From: an uncultured cyanobacterium
GTDB taxonomy: Bacteria; Cyanobacteriota; Cyanobacteriia; PCC-9006; JAAUQQ01
Assembly: GCA_963718615.1 (NCBI GenBank)
Contig: OY970368.1
Coordinates: forward strand, 1,600,001-1,664,000
Reading direction: 5' to 3'
DNA: 64,000 nucleotides
Under the pieces are notes generated by a model. The model saw only the letters and a program-made list of their open reading frames with translations. It had not been told where the DNA came from and searched no databases. This document shows, piece after piece, positions 18,727-27,462 of the stretch (the stretch's first letter is position 1; each line of letters starts with the position of its first letter). The position numbers and the translations under genes were made by a program.

Positions 18727-19890
18727 CTAGAGAATATGGCTAGGGGCTGGGGGCGGAGCAGGTGGGGCAGGCGGCATGACCGATTCAGCCGTGGGCGCAG
18801 CGGGCTGTTCTGTAACCGGGGCAGACTGTCCCGTGGGTCTGGCCATGGCATTGCGGGCGAGTTGTGCCAGCAGGTATTGGGTGATCAACGTGGGCTGTTC
18901 GGCTTGCATGATCGAGCGCACCACCGCCACCCGGCGAGCTCCGGCTCCCATCACTTCCCCTAGGTTATCAGCGTTGATGCTGCCAATGGCAAACCAGGGA
19001 ACAGGAGAATTTTGCACTGCGTATCGCACATAGTCCAATCCCGCCGCCGCTTTACCGGGTTTGGTCGGCGTTTCGTAGACCGGGCCGACGCCAATGTAGT
19101 CCGCTCCCTCCTGCAGCGCCCGTGCCATCTCCTCCGGGCTAGTGGTCGAACGACCAATGATGCAACTTGGACCCAGGATTTGACGGGCTAGGGAAATCGG
19201 CACATCCTGCTGACCCAAATGTACGCCATCCGCACCGACGGCGAGGGCCAGATCGACGCGATCGTTCATCAAAAACAGGGCTCCGTAGCCATGGCAGAGT
19301 TCTCTCAGCTTGATCGCCGTTTGCAGCCGCAGGGTGTCTTCCGACTCCTTGTCGCGGTATTGCAGAATCTGTAACCCGCCTTCGAGAGCCGATTGCACCA
19401 CATTGAAAAGGTTGTTACTGGGGCTCGTCACCAAATAGAGCGAAGCATTGAGGAGTTTTTGCCGCCGTTCGTGGCCTAACAGTTCGGTTTCGATGGTGTA
19501 GATGCGATAGCGCATTTGCTTGCAGGTTGCGCCCAGCTCGGTGTCATAGACCTTGCCATATTCTTCTAGAACCCGCAGGGCCTCCTGGACGCGGCAAAAA
19601 TTGGCCTGAAGCACCTGGGGAATGCCGTTGCGGACGGCCTCCTGGGGATGGGTGAGGCTGGTGCCGGGGTCTTCCGAGGTGTTGCGGGCGGAGCGAAACT
19701 CAGGCCGATGCCAGCGGGCGAGCTCCTGGCGCAGGTTTTTAAATTCCTCGGTGAATTCGAAATGGTTCAGGCCAAAGCGGCACCAGTCTTCGAGGATGCG
19801 CAGACCCTCGCGGACGCGGTCCAGATTGGCGTCGAGGATGCGGAAGAGGGCTGGTTGAACCAGATTTTGTTGCCAGTTGGAGTCACCCAT
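18727..19890 (-). CDS. thiE: Thiamine-phosphate synthase (cyanobacterial form with N-terminal extension)
   Basis: RILDANLDRVREGLR N-domain; QYRDK, NDRVD, GVHLGQQD, GPVYETPTK. Confidence 0.92.
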   Translation of the reverse strand: MGDSNWQQNLVQPALFRILDANLDRVREGLRILEDWCRFGLNHFEFTEEFKNLRQELARWHRPEFRSARNTSEDPGTSLTHPQEAVRNGIPQVLQANFCRVQEALRVLEEYGKVYDTELGATCKQMRYRIYTIETELLGHERRQKLLNASLYLVTSPSNNLFNVVQSALEGGLQILQYRDKESEDTLRLQTAIKLRELCHGYGALFLMNDRVDLALAVGADGVHLGQQDVPISLARQILGPSCIIGRSTTSPEEMARALQEGADYIGVGPVYETPTKPGKAAAGLDYVRYAVQNSPVPWFAIGSINADNLGEVMGAGARRVAVVRSIMQAEQPTLITQYLLAQLARNAMARPTGQSAPVTEQPAAPTAESVMPPAPPAPPPAPSHIL

Positions 19891-20361
19891 GTTTCTATCG
19901 TTCGCAAGTGCAAGGTTGTACAGGTTGGACGGAGGACACACCACCGTGCCTTCTCCAGCAAACCGCTTCCTTTAGCGTAAAGGCCGATGGGGCAATGCGG
20001 TGGCGGAGAAGCGCTTTGGGGCAGGGAGGCGGATTGAGTTTGCAGAAAGATGAACTTTTGCAATGATCCCGTTGTACTTCATAATCTTGTGAAGCCTACG
20101 GTGACTCAACCCAGAGCCGGAATGTATCTAGTTATCCTGTCTAGATGGTTTTGCATCCAGGGTTGTTGGGCCTTATCTCAGAAATTTGTGGTGGCTCCTG
20201 GTCGTTTTCAAATTTGTTTGCTACAACAAACGAGCTTGTTGGCGAAAGGGAGCGAGTGCGAAGCTCGTCGAGTGCGGAATTCGTTGAATCTGGGCATTAT
20301 TCTTTCAACGCCAAAATTCAACGCCAAAATTACGTGAAGCCCTGAAGGGTATCGATGCAAT

Positions 20362-21063
20362 ATGGCCTTTGTTTCCTTCCTTTGGACCCTGCGGGTTGTG
20401 GCGATCGCCACAGCCCTATCCCTTCCCCTAGGAGCCTTGGGAGCCTTAGCGGTGCGGGCGAATGAGGCGATCGCCCCCGTTTCCCCCATTTCTCCACCTC
20501 ACCTTGCCCTAGACCCGGCCATGGTCCAAAACCAGGAGCTGCAAGAGCTCAAGGCCCTCGCACCGCGTTTGCGGGTGCCAAAATCTGGAGGGATTCATGC
20601 TGGAGGAATTACGGATAGGGATGCTAGTGGGGCGATCGCGATTCCCGTCATTCCATCCGCCCCCAGTGCTTTTCCCAGTACTTTGCCCAGTACTCCACTG
20701 GGTTCCCCTGCCGACCCCAATGCCCAGCCCTTACCCGTTCCTGAATTGCGGGTGCCAGTGGGCAATGTGGGAAACCGTCACGATATTAGCCCAGTAACGC
20801 TAGCGGCGATGCCCTGGATGGCTGAGCCAATGACGGCGACGGTGGTGACGGCGACGGTGCAGTATCGGGTGCTGGTAGAAACGCCCCATCCCCTCGTGCA
20901 GGCCCAAGTCCAAACCCTCGTACCAACGGCCTTTGTCACCCTAGAGCAAGGACGCCCTGTTATGCAGGTGGGCAGTTTTGAGGATCCGGGCCGAGCGAAT
21001 GCATTGCAGCAAACTCTGGCACGCTATGGGTTTTGGGCCAGGGTCGAACTTCAGCGCGCTTAA
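20362..21063 (+). CDS. Exported Pro-rich protein with C-terminal SPOR-like domain
   Basis: Signal-like N-terminus; YRVLV...MQVGSFEDPGRANALQQTL. Confidence 0.6.
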   Translation: MAFVSFLWTLRVVAIATALSLPLGALGALAVRANEAIAPVSPISPPHLALDPAMVQNQELQELKALAPRLRVPKSGGIHAGGITDRDASGAIAIPVIPSAPSAFPSTLPSTPLGSPADPNAQPLPVPELRVPVGNVGNRHDISPVTLAAMPWMAEPMTATVVTATVQYRVLVETPHPLVQAQVQTLVPTAFVTLEQGRPVMQVGSFEDPGRANALQQTLARYGFWARVELQRA

Positions 21064-21081
21064 CGTGAACCTACAGCGAAC

Positions 21082-22344
21082 TTAAAAGGGTAATGTTTCA
21101 GTCACCAAGGATTCCACCGGGGCGATCGACTGGAGATATTGCAAAAAATCCCAAAGCTCCGCATCGTTCAGGTCTTTACGGGTGGGCTTATCATAGCGGG
21201 ACTTGAGGAAATTGCTGCCTTGGCGATTGGTCCATTTCAGCCGTTTACATTCGTTCGCCGTGCGTTCCATCATCTCGCTGCGGGAGAGGGGCGGTTCTAG
21301 GGTGACCAAGGATTCGTCAAAGGCCGCGCTGTAATCGGTTTCGGGCTGAGGAGTTGCCAACGGTGCAGGTTCTGGGTCAGTAAGTTCGAATGTATCAGGC
21401 TCTAGCTCGGCAGGCTCTAGCTCAGCAGGCTTTAGCACTGGACCTGTGGCCGCCGCTGCCGCTGGTTCCTCAAACTGATCGGGATCAAAGTGGGAGGGCA
21501 GGGCTCGCAGATAGCTCAGAAAATCCATGAGCTCGCTGTAATCGGTGATGTAATCCCGCGAAGACTTGCCATAGGTTCGCTGCAAATAATCGGATTCCTG
21601 CTTGGTGGTCCAGCCCAAGCGCTTGAGTTCAACCTCCACCTGAGCTAAGTCCTCAGACCAATCTGCCACGAAAGCCGCAGGTTTAGAAGACGGCACCGAG
21701 GCCGGGGAAGATGAGGGGGTAAAGGGTTCCTCAAACTTCGGCTCCGGCAGATCGTAGTCGGTTAAGTCGTAATCCGTGAGCGTCGGTTTGGGTTTGGGCT
21801 TTTCGACGGATTGGCCGCTGGGCTTGCCTTTTCCGTTCGGCTTGCCATTAGATAGGCCATTTTTAGATAGGCCATTTGAGGTTCCGTTTAATTGGCCCTT
21901 TGATGCCTCAGAGGCTGGCAGGGTTTCTATCGCAGCCGGTGCGTTTATTGGAGCCTGAGTCGTTGGAGCCTGAGCCGTTGTTGGTGTGAAAGGGGCGCTG
22001 GTCGTGGGGGTGACGGCGGTGACGGCAGGGGTAGTAGTAGGAACAAAGCCAAACTGTTCTAGAGCCCGTAGCTGAGCCAAAGCCTCTGCTTGAAGCAAGT
22101 CAGTCGCCTCCGCCAGGGCACTCGCCAAGGTCATGCCGCCCACAACCACAGTGGCTTGGACGATATAACAGAGAGGAGACGGAAGGTCCGAAGCCTGAAC
22201 CTTCACCAAATTGGCAATCACGCCGCCCATAGGATAATGCCGTCGAAACTGCTGAATCCCTTCCAGGGCTTGCTGGGGGAGCTCCTCTGGAGCGGTGGCC
22301 GCGATCGATGAAGGGGGTTGAGCGAAATCGCGATTTTGAGCCAT
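21082..22344 (-). CDS. Conserved cyanobacterial hypothetical protein with a duplicated C-terminal helical domain
   Basis: 420-aa ORF; two copies of a KRLxWTxxQxxxxLxxxYxK...ELxDFLxYL domain separated by a low-complexity linker. Confidence 0.75.
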   Translation of the reverse strand: MAQNRDFAQPPSSIAATAPEELPQQALEGIQQFRRHYPMGGVIANLVKVQASDLPSPLCYIVQATVVVGGMTLASALAEATDLLQAEALAQLRALEQFGFVPTTTPAVTAVTPTTSAPFTPTTAQAPTTQAPINAPAAIETLPASEASKGQLNGTSNGLSKNGLSNGKPNGKGKPSGQSVEKPKPKPTLTDYDLTDYDLPEPKFEEPFTPSSSPASVPSSKPAAFVADWSEDLAQVEVELKRLGWTTKQESDYLQRTYGKSSRDYITDYSELMDFLSYLRALPSHFDPDQFEEPAAAAATGPVLKPAELEPAELEPDTFELTDPEPAPLATPQPETDYSAAFDESLVTLEPPLSRSEMMERTANECKRLKWTNRQGSNFLKSRYDKPTRKDLNDAELWDFLQYLQSIAPVESLVTETLPF

Positions 22345-22512
22345 GGTGATTGTCCTGAGCGTCCTAGTTCTATTTTAGAAACTAACGGCGAAATCTCGCG
22401 TGAGGAAGACGTTAAGGAATAATAGAAAAGGCGAGGCTGGCCTAATCACTAACCTGTTCTAGAGGAATGACCGTTTTGTCTTGTTGCTTATCCTTGCCTT
22501 TTTTAACCTGGA

Positions 22513-23271
22513 ATGATTGATTCGATCTTGGCTCCCTTCGAGCTTTTTAGTACCGACACGCTGCTGCTCCTGCCAATCTTGATTGGCTTGGAGGCGGTGC
22601 TGTCTGCGGATAATGCCATTGCCCTGGCGGCGATCGCCCGAGGACTCAAGGATCCCAAACTCCAGCAGGATGCCTTAAACCTGGGCTTAGTCGTGGCGTT
22701 TAGTTTACGGGTGTTACTGATTCTCACTGCCACCTGGGTAACGCAGTTTTGGCAGTTTGAGTTAGGGGGCGCGGCCTATTTGCTCTGGTTAGCCATTCAG
22801 TATTTTTTCCTCAGCGACGAGGAAGATGCAGAGGGCAATCACCACCACCATGGCCGCAGTTTGAATAATCTTTGGGAAGCGATTCCGCTGATTGCCCTGA
22901 CGGATCTGGCGTTCTCCCTGGATAGTGTGACGACGGCGATCGCTATTTCCAAGGAAACCTGGCTGGTAATCACGGGGGGAGCCATTGGTGTCTTGACCCT
23001 GCGGTTTATGGCGGGACTATTTATCCGCTGGCTCAAGGAATTTGCCTATCTGGAAGATGCGGGCTATCTGGCGGTGGCGCTGGTGGGGCTGCGGTTGCTT
23101 CTGCGGGTGGTGTTGCCGGAGTTTGTGCCGCCGGAATGGGTGATGGTGAGCTTGATCTCGATGCTGTTTATTTGGGGATTTTCGAAGCGATCGCCCGACC
23201 CAGTCCCCCCCGAAACGCCCCTAGATCCTCCCCTAGAACCCGCAACATCCAAAGCTCCCTCCGACGCCTAG
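22513..23271 (+). CDS. TerC family integral membrane protein
   Basis: LEAVLSADNA and DLAFSLDSV motifs. Confidence 0.9.
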   Translation: MIDSILAPFELFSTDTLLLLPILIGLEAVLSADNAIALAAIARGLKDPKLQQDALNLGLVVAFSLRVLLILTATWVTQFWQFELGGAAYLLWLAIQYFFLSDEEDAEGNHHHHGRSLNNLWEAIPLIALTDLAFSLDSVTTAIAISKETWLVITGGAIGVLTLRFMAGLFIRWLKEFAYLEDAGYLAVALVGLRLLLRVVLPEFVPPEWVMVSLISMLFIWGFSKRSPDPVPPETPLDPPLEPATSKAPSDA

Positions 23272-23274
23272 GGC

Positions 23275-23655
23275 ATGAACCACAGCGATTCCCATAAACC
23301 ATCACGTTCGGCTTTACTGCCCACGGAGGTTATCCTGATGCAAAGCCAGCAGAGCCTCGGTCGGTTTGAGCTAGAAGCGCAGTTGCAGCCCGGTAGTTCT
23401 CTAGAACTCCAAGGCGAGACCTATGTGGTCCTAGAGCGACGCCATCGCTATCAGTATCGCCAGGGGCGCTATTGTCTTGGGCAAATCTTGCTCTACGTGA
23501 ATCCAGCGACACCAACTATGGAAAAAACTTGGGTTGGGGGCCGTTGGGTGTTGGGGGATGCGAGCTGTCGGTTTAATGCGCGATCGCCTCTCCTGCGTTG
23601 TGCGATCAATCCGCAAGGCCCCTGTGCAGGATGTGTGAGCTACCTTAACGGGTGA
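23275..23655 (+). CDS. DUF6464-like cyanobacterial protein
   Basis: YVVLERRHRYQY and GDASCRFNARSPLLRCAINPQGPC motifs. Confidence 0.7.
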   Translation: MNHSDSHKPSRSALLPTEVILMQSQQSLGRFELEAQLQPGSSLELQGETYVVLERRHRYQYRQGRYCLGQILLYVNPATPTMEKTWVGGRWVLGDASCRFNARSPLLRCAINPQGPCAGCVSYLNG

Positions 23656-23756
23656 ATTGACATCCATCTCCCGCAATCCTGGCTCATGTTCTAGACCTGT
23701 GTACTGTCTCTAGCCTTGGGCGACAATTCGTCTGGGTTCCATATTCTTTCAATAGA

Positions 23757-24632
23757 TCAAGATTGTTGTTCTAGAAACTGGGCGATCGCCCCATCAAATC
23801 GCTCCGGATCCACCAAAAACGCCCAATGATTGCTCTCCAGTGTGCAAATCTCAAGCTGAGGCAAAAATTGCCGATAGGGCTGGAGCTGTTTTTCAGAGCG
23901 ATTGATGCCGAGGGTCGGACGAACCAAGAGCGTCGGTAGATCGAGGGTTTGGGTAAAGCCCGGTTCCATGATCGCATCAAACATGGGTTCTCGGGCGGCG
24001 ATCGCAAACTTACTCCCCCAGCTTCCGTCGGGCTTTTGTTCCACCGATTGCTCAAAGACTTGCTGCTGCAACGGCGTCCAGTCCCGATATTGTTTGAGCT
24101 GTCGTGCCTGGGTTGCCGCAGCAGCTTTGTCCGGAAATGGTCCCAGCATCTTGAGAAACGGCAGAATTTTGTAAAACAGCGGAAACGTCAACTTGCTCCA
24201 GCGGGGGAAGCGGTTCATAAACGCCGGATCCACCAAAATCATCGAGCGAAATTGCTCCGGCTCTCGCGTTGCCCAGACAACCAGTAGTTTTGCCGTCCAG
24301 GAATGTCCCAGCAAATGGGCAGAAGTCCAGCCATAATGGGCCATTAACGCCTTCACATCTTGAATCGTGTCCGTGAAGCTGTAGCCAGTTGCGGGTTTGC
24401 TGCTTTCGCCATGGCCTCGCAGATCGGGGGCGAGGATGTGGTAGCGATCGCCCAAGTCCGCCCCCAAACTCGCCCCCAAACTCGCCCAAACCCCTGCATG
24501 GTCCGCCATGCCATGGAGCAAAATCAGCGGAATGCCGCCAGGGTTCCATTCAAAATAGGAAATTTCAACGCCATGGGCCGTTGTCAAGACTTGACGTGGG
24601 GGAAGCTGAAATGTGCGATCGCCAAGGGTCAT
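23757..24632 (-). CDS. Alpha/beta fold hydrolase
   Basis: LLHGMAD, PDLRGHGES, GHSW nucleophile, NHWAFL. Confidence 0.88.
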   Translation of the reverse strand: MTLGDRTFQLPPRQVLTTAHGVEISYFEWNPGGIPLILLHGMADHAGVWASLGASLGADLGDRYHILAPDLRGHGESSKPATGYSFTDTIQDVKALMAHYGWTSAHLLGHSWTAKLLVVWATREPEQFRSMILVDPAFMNRFPRWSKLTFPLFYKILPFLKMLGPFPDKAAAATQARQLKQYRDWTPLQQQVFEQSVEQKPDGSWGSKFAIAAREPMFDAIMEPGFTQTLDLPTLLVRPTLGINRSEKQLQPYRQFLPQLEICTLESNHWAFLVDPERFDGAIAQFLEQQS

Positions 24633-24710
24633 AGCCAAAATCCAACCCAAAAAACGGAACAAAGAAAGGATGCAATTTGTTTGGTTTAGGTCGCTCTCCA
24701 CGGGCAAGGA

Positions 24711-25313
24711 TTAGGTTGCTTCTGAAGGTTCCTCTGAAGGGTCCTCGGATACCGGAAATACGACGTTCTCATAGACGGCTTCGATCGCGCCTTCAAATCC
24801 CACGCTGGCTAGTGAAAATTGTCCTTCGACAAAGGTGTGGAGGATCCAGACCCCAGCTTCTCCTCGCCGGAAGCATTCGATGCGCGATCGCTTCGAGTTG
24901 ACCAAAACGTATTCTTCGAGGCTGTCTAGGGTCTGGTAATCCGCAAATTTGTCGCCGCGATCGTAGGCTTCGGTGGAGTCGGAGAGGACTTCAAGGATCA
25001 GTTTAGGAAATGATTTATAGAGGGGGGTTTCGGCATCTCTGCTCTCACAGGTCACCATGACATCAGGATAGAAGAAGCGGTTGCGTCGCTCAATCCGAGC
25101 TTTCATATCTGAAATATAGACACGACACCCTGAACCCCGTAAATGAGAGAGCAACAGAGCGGAGATGTTGAGGGCAACGGTGACATGACTGTCCGTTGCG
25201 CCTGCCATAGCGAAGATTTCGCCGTCGTGATACTCGTGTTTGACGTCACGCTGGGTTTCGAGGGTGAGGTATTGGTCAGGGGTGAGGTAGGCGCGATCGG
25301 AGAGAGCAACCAT
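24711..25313 (-). CDS. Uma2 family endonuclease
   Basis: KHEYHDGEIFAMAG, YPDVMV, LEVLSDST, DRGDKF. Confidence 0.92.
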   Translation of the reverse strand: MVALSDRAYLTPDQYLTLETQRDVKHEYHDGEIFAMAGATDSHVTVALNISALLLSHLRGSGCRVYISDMKARIERRNRFFYPDVMVTCESRDAETPLYKSFPKLILEVLSDSTEAYDRGDKFADYQTLDSLEEYVLVNSKRSRIECFRRGEAGVWILHTFVEGQFSLASVGFEGAIEAVYENVVFPVSEDPSEEPSEAT

Positions 25314-25499
25314 GAGAATAGGGGAATAGATGACGAGGCTGGTGAGGATGTTTCTAGTCTACGGGTGGGTTGGGCGATGGGGCGGGCTTTAGGGGGGGCG
25401 GGTCGAGCAAATCAGGGAAGCGCGATCGCATTCTGGGGAGTTCAACACCGTTAAAATGAAAATAGCATCGGGTTGAAAAGTTCAACAAGCCCTAGCACT

Positions 25500-26267
25500 A
25501 TGGTTCAGCAGCCCCGTCCCACCTTGGTCGAATATCCCGAAACTGATGGTCAGCCCATGACAGAAAGCGATGCCACGCGCAACTACTTGGTTTACTGTGT
25601 CGCTGCGCTGCGGCTATTTTTTCAGAGTCGGCCCCAGGTCTATGTTTCCGGTAACCTGTTTATCTACTACGAAGAAGGCCAGCCCAGCAAAAACATTTCG
25701 CCGGATGTCTTTGTGATTTTTGGCGTGAGCAACCGGGAGCGCCGCAGCTATAAGGCCTGGCAGGAGGGCAATAAGCTGCCGTCGTTTATTTTGGAGCTGA
25801 CGTCGAAGAGTACGAAGAAGCAGGATGAGGAGACCAAGCCTGAGCTGTATCGCCGACTTGGGGTGCAGGAATATTTTCAGTACGATCCGACCGGGGATTA
25901 TCTTCAGCCGCAGCTCAAGGGGCAAACCTTGGTGAATGGCGAGTATCAGCCGATCGAAGCCCAGACGCTGGCCGATGGAACCGTATCTTTGTCCAGTCGG
26001 GTTTTGGGTTTGGATCTGCGGCTGTTGGCCGCTTCTGTGGCTTCGTTCCTACCCTCCCCCTTGGGAACGGTTACGCGGGAGTTACGCTTATTTGATCCTG
26101 CAACGGGAGCGCAGCTCTTGACCTATGCGGAGTTGGAGCTGTCTCGGGTGCGGGCAGAGCAGGTGGCAGCGGAGGAACGGCAGCGGGCGGAAGCAGAGCA
26201 GCAGCGGGCGGAGCGGTTGGCGGAGCATTTGCGATCGCTCGGTGTTGATCCAGATTCGATTTTCTAG
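25500..26267 (+). CDS. Uma2 family endonuclease with coiled-coil tail
   Basis: YPETDGQPM, SPDVFV, LELTSKST, LGVQEYFQYDP; tail AERLAEHLRSLGVDPD. Confidence 0.92.
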   Translation: MVQQPRPTLVEYPETDGQPMTESDATRNYLVYCVAALRLFFQSRPQVYVSGNLFIYYEEGQPSKNISPDVFVIFGVSNRERRSYKAWQEGNKLPSFILELTSKSTKKQDEETKPELYRRLGVQEYFQYDPTGDYLQPQLKGQTLVNGEYQPIEAQTLADGTVSLSSRVLGLDLRLLAASVASFLPSPLGTVTRELRLFDPATGAQLLTYAELELSRVRAEQVAAEERQRAEAEQQRAERLAEHLRSLGVDPDSIF

Positions 26268-26291
26268 CTTCATTTCCATAACAGGCTTGCC

Positions 26292-27419
26292 ATGAGCGAA
26301 TATCAGGTTTACGAATTCCAGGCGATCGACCGTTTCCTGTCTTCCGACGACAAGGCGTATTTGCATAGCCTTTCCAGCCGAGCCCAGGTGGGAGCAACTT
26401 CTGCTCGGTTTACCTATAGCTATGGGGATTTTCGGGCAAAGCCGGAGGAGGTGCTCGATCGCTGTTTTGATGTGATGTTGTATGTCGCCAATTTCGGCGT
26501 GCGCCGCTTGGTCATGCGGTTGCCGAAGGAACTGGTGAAAATGTCCAAGCTCGAACCCTACGAAATCCCCTACACGATTACATTCGAGGAAACACCCCGC
26601 TCAATCCTCGTTGATCTCAACTTGGTTTGTGAGGATTACTACACTTGGATTGAAGAGGGACCGATGCTCTCCAGTCTGGTGTCCCTGCGGGAGGAACTCC
26701 TTCGGGGAGATTTACGGCTGCTGTATCTGGCATGGCTGCGCAGTGGCAAGAGTGAAGAGTCACCCCTGTCGCCAGACGCTATGCTTGAGCCTCCGGTTCC
26801 GGCGGGCTTGCAGCAACTATCCACGGGGTTGAAGGCATTTGCTGAGCTGTTTGTCGTGGATGAGGATTTGATTGCGGCGGCAGCAGAGGAAAGCGCCGCA
26901 GGGCCAGAAGATATGGAGGAACCCTTGGAGCAATGGCTGGCAGAACTGACGACGGAGGAGCATATTGAGTATTTGCTGCGGGCGATGCGGGGGGAGACCC
27001 ATGTGGGGCAAGAGTTGTTGCAGCGACTCAGGTTTGAGTTTGGTTCGGAGGAAGATGAGGAGGAGGAATTGGAGGGTTTGCCGGGACGTTCGCTGGGGGA
27101 TTTGATGGCGATCGCCCAACAAAAACAAAAACAACGAAAAAAACAAGCGGCCCAGGCAGAGCAACGCGCCCGCGAGAAGTATCTCGATTCGTTGGTGCCA
27201 AAGCAAGAGGCGTTGTGGCGGGAGGTGCCTCGCTTGATTGAGCTGAAAACGGCGCGGGGGTATGAGCAGGCGGTGGCGATTTTGGTGGATTTGAAGGCTG
27301 TGGCATTGCTCCAAGGCAAGGTTGTGGATTTTATGGAGCGAGTGCAGGCGCTTGTGGATCGTTATTCGGGTCGATCTGCGTTGAAAAAGCGAATGCGGGA
27401 TGCCAATTTGTTGGATTAG
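26292..27419 (+). CDS. Conserved hypothetical protein (MSEYQxYEFxAID family)
   Basis: 375-aa acidic ORF; DLRLLYLAWL and PPVPAGL motifs; helical C-terminus. Confidence 0.75.
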   Translation: MSEYQVYEFQAIDRFLSSDDKAYLHSLSSRAQVGATSARFTYSYGDFRAKPEEVLDRCFDVMLYVANFGVRRLVMRLPKELVKMSKLEPYEIPYTITFEETPRSILVDLNLVCEDYYTWIEEGPMLSSLVSLREELLRGDLRLLYLAWLRSGKSEESPLSPDAMLEPPVPAGLQQLSTGLKAFAELFVVDEDLIAAAAEESAAGPEDMEEPLEQWLAELTTEEHIEYLLRAMRGETHVGQELLQRLRFEFGSEEDEEEELEGLPGRSLGDLMAIAQQKQKQRKKQAAQAEQRAREKYLDSLVPKQEALWREVPRLIELKTARGYEQAVAILVDLKAVALLQGKVVDFMERVQALVDRYSGRSALKKRMRDANLLD

Positions 27420-27462
27420 ATTTCTTTCATAAATCATGAAAATCAACGGATTCAATAGGGTT

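Noticed and set aside
19891-20360. TPP riboswitch upstream of thiE-thiS
   Set aside because: No recognisable CTGAGA...ACCTG...GGGAA core seen on the minus strand.
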